Positions 62,137 through 64,000 of a stretch of 64,000 nucleotides of DNA are shown one piece after another. Source of the stretch: an uncultured Nitrososphaeraceae archaeon (GTDB taxonomy: Archaea > Thermoproteota > Nitrososphaeria > Nitrososphaerales > Nitrososphaeraceae); contig CAVXZB010000019.1 in assembly GCA_963765895.1 (NCBI GenBank), positions 224,001 to 288,000 on the forward strand, given 5' to 3'. How positions within the stretch are numbered: the first letter of the stretch is position 1; each line of letters opens with the position of its first letter. Position numbers and translations under genes: made by a program. The notes beneath the pieces are model-generated. The model did no database searches and was not told the origin of the DNA. It worked only from the letters and a program-made list of their open reading frames with translations.

Positions 62137-63177
62137 CTATAGAAAAAAATCAAGCTTTGAATCTCTGAACTGACTAGAGCGAGTCCCTTTTGGATCAGTA
62201 ACCTTTTCTAGAGCGTAGGCTTCAAAGCCCATAGTGTTTAGCGTAGTCGCAAATTCTGAAGCGAATCCATGGAATGTGTAGACCTGTTTAGGTTGGCACT
62301 TCTTAACTACAGCCAGTAACTCAGAGAAATCACAGTGATCACTCATTGGCAGTGCGTAATCTAGTCCCATCATGTACTTGTATCCTTTTTTTACAGCCCA
62401 GCCACTGAAACCGATTGTTATTGCATTATATTTTGTCTTCAGGCTCCGAACAAATTTGCTCTTTCCATGCGTTAACGGGGAAATAAGAATCCATGGTAAC
62501 CCTTTTCTGATTTTACCATTCCTTTCGGCATCTTGGAAATTTTTTCCTTCCTTAAGGTCAACTCCAAGATCCCTATACAGACAATTTATCCTATGAATCG
62601 AATCATATACATACATAGGCTCCCAGTGCTGAAAAAGCTGGGTCAATATCTGCGCCTTACCCACCTGGTAGCCCATTAACACAACTGGAATTCCTCTATC
62701 ATAACAATCTGAAATAATCATATTGGCCATATGCACCAACTCGGTTAAATCCGGAAATATATATTCGGGTCGTCCAAAAGTCGATTCTATAATTAACGTT
62801 TCGATTTGTGGTAATACAGCTCGCCGCATGAAGCTTCTGCTCCTAGTTGAAAGATCGCCTGTGTAATAAATCTCATCATCAATTACCAATCCTTTAGAGC
62901 CCAAGATGTGGCCGCTATTTAATAACAAAAAGCCGGGGTGCTCTTCTACAATGTCGCCTAAGGAATATCCTCTCTCTTTTGCAATGATAGAGGTTTCTTT
63001 AGAGGTCAAAGTGAGTGATGTGAAACAACCACCATTAGTCTTATGAAGGTGGTCGGTATGGGCATGAGACACAAATACAAAGTCAGAGTTAGTTTTTCTG
63101 TGTGGATCTAGTAATATTTTCTTTTGACTATTATGTGCTACAATATTTGTATTTATTAAATCAATAGTCCATCGCAA
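62137..63177 (-). CDS. Metallo-beta-lactamase/beta-CASP-type nuclease
   Basis: SHAHTDH, GHILGS, YTGD, ESTFG, GKAQ, SGWA, SDHCD, HG. Confidence 0.9.
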   Translation of the reverse strand: MRWTIDLINTNIVAHNSQKKILLDPHRKTNSDFVFVSHAHTDHLHKTNGGCFTSLTLTSKETSIIAKERGYSLGDIVEEHPGFLLLNSGHILGSKGLVIDDEIYYTGDLSTRSRSFMRRAVLPQIETLIIESTFGRPEYIFPDLTELVHMANMIISDCYDRGIPVVLMGYQVGKAQILTQLFQHWEPMYVYDSIHRINCLYRDLGVDLKEGKNFQDAERNGKIRKGLPWILISPLTHGKSKFVRSLKTKYNAITIGFSGWAVKKGYKYMMGLDYALPMSDHCDFSELLAVVKKCQPKQVYTFHGFASEFATTLNTMGFEAYALEKVTDPKGTRSSQFRDSKLDFFL

Positions 63178-63463
63178 TACTAGGTCACCAACTTAAGGTT
63201 CTCTCTTTATTTTAACATTGGGTATTTAGAACATATCCCAAAATTATTCTCCTATAGATAACTATACAACAGCCTAAACATATACTACTAATGCAAAATA
63301 GCTTCCTAACTTCTTCTCGTATCTAACTAAAAGTTTTCTGAACCTGTTATGCCAAGAGTTAGTTGTTTCCACAAACCCATCTTCTTTTAGCATGATGACG
63401 ATGATTATTACAACCAATAATCTTTATAACCGATTGTTCTCCTCTATGTCAAATATGTGGTAT

Positions 63464-63553
63464 ATATCCTTTATTGGTTCGTATACTTCGATCTCTTGAA
63501 AGTCATATCCTTTATTGGTTCGTATACTTCGATCTCTTGAAACATATCCTTTA
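63464..63553. repeat. Tandem repeat: two identical 38-nt copies plus a partial third
   Basis: ATATCCTTTATTGGTTCGTATACTTCGATCTCTTGAAA at 63464-63501 and 63505-63542; ATATCCTTTA again at 63544-63553. Confidence 0.9.
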
Positions 63554-63675
63554 CCAAGATAGATAAAGATTCTGTTTTTCTTTATATGTCCTAGACGATC
63601 TTTTAACTACGGTATTATTATCCAGCGTGTTTATAGATGCCTTTCATATCATCATGCGTATTAGCCGCAGTTATA

Positions 63676-63693
63676 AACAACAACAACAACAAC
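63676..63693. repeat. (AAC)n microsatellite
   Basis: Six consecutive AAC units in an AT-rich non-coding tract. Confidence 0.75.
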
Positions 63694-64000
63694 AGATAAT
63701 GGAAATATCTTGTCCATCAGTTATTAATACATGATGACGTTTTGTTCCTAACTATACTTACCTCTGTCTGTAGGATTAGGTCCAATCAGTCATTTCTGCC
63801 TAGAGATGCCTTTATCGATATACTACTACTATCAAGTGATTGTCTCTCTATTGAATTTCTACTTTAGCATCATACACTTTTTTTAGCAAGTCTAGTCCAT
63901 AATCTCTCAAATATCTTATATTGACCATTACAGGAATCTACTATGATAGACGAACCTGAATCATCTCATTTGCCAACATCTATTGTCTTCCATTGACATT

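Noticed and set aside
449-62596. Numerous 60-210-aa ORFs antisense to or overlapping recognised genes (e.g. 36391-36984, 38650-39282, 2412-2840)
   Set aside because: Shadow frames of well-supported genes, with no recognisable motifs.
63464-63553. CRISPR array
   Set aside because: Only two full units, 1-3 nt apart, with no spacers and no cas genes in the window.

Overview
Core chromosome segment of an ammonia-oxidising archaeon (Thaumarchaeota/Nitrososphaeria). The long AT-rich intergenic gaps suggest a soil Nitrososphaerales lineage; this is inferred from gene content and style. The window holds rpoE1, Mrp, leuB/ilvN/ilvB, lsrF-like aldolase, trpE, birA, menA-like, thrC, a biotin cluster (bioF-bioB-[serine resolvase]-bioA/bioD), an NTP-transferase/F420-LLM/thiolase/DUF35 operon, the rpl3-rpl6 ribosomal cluster, psmA, a purine cluster, the PINA ATPase, thiDN, galT and apgM. 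RNA genes are tRNA-Asn(GTT) with a non-canonical 27/28 intron, tRNA-Thr(TGT), and a candidate C/D box sRNA. About 18 frameshifts, all repaired by removing one base and several in essential genes, point to consensus sequencing errors rather than pseudogenes. The most notable unexplained signals are: a lone serine resolvase with res-like repeats inside the biotin cluster; Leu/Ile/Val-coding mini-ORFs in the ilvB leader; and purK and purE in frame across one TAG, with purE lacking an upstream start codon.
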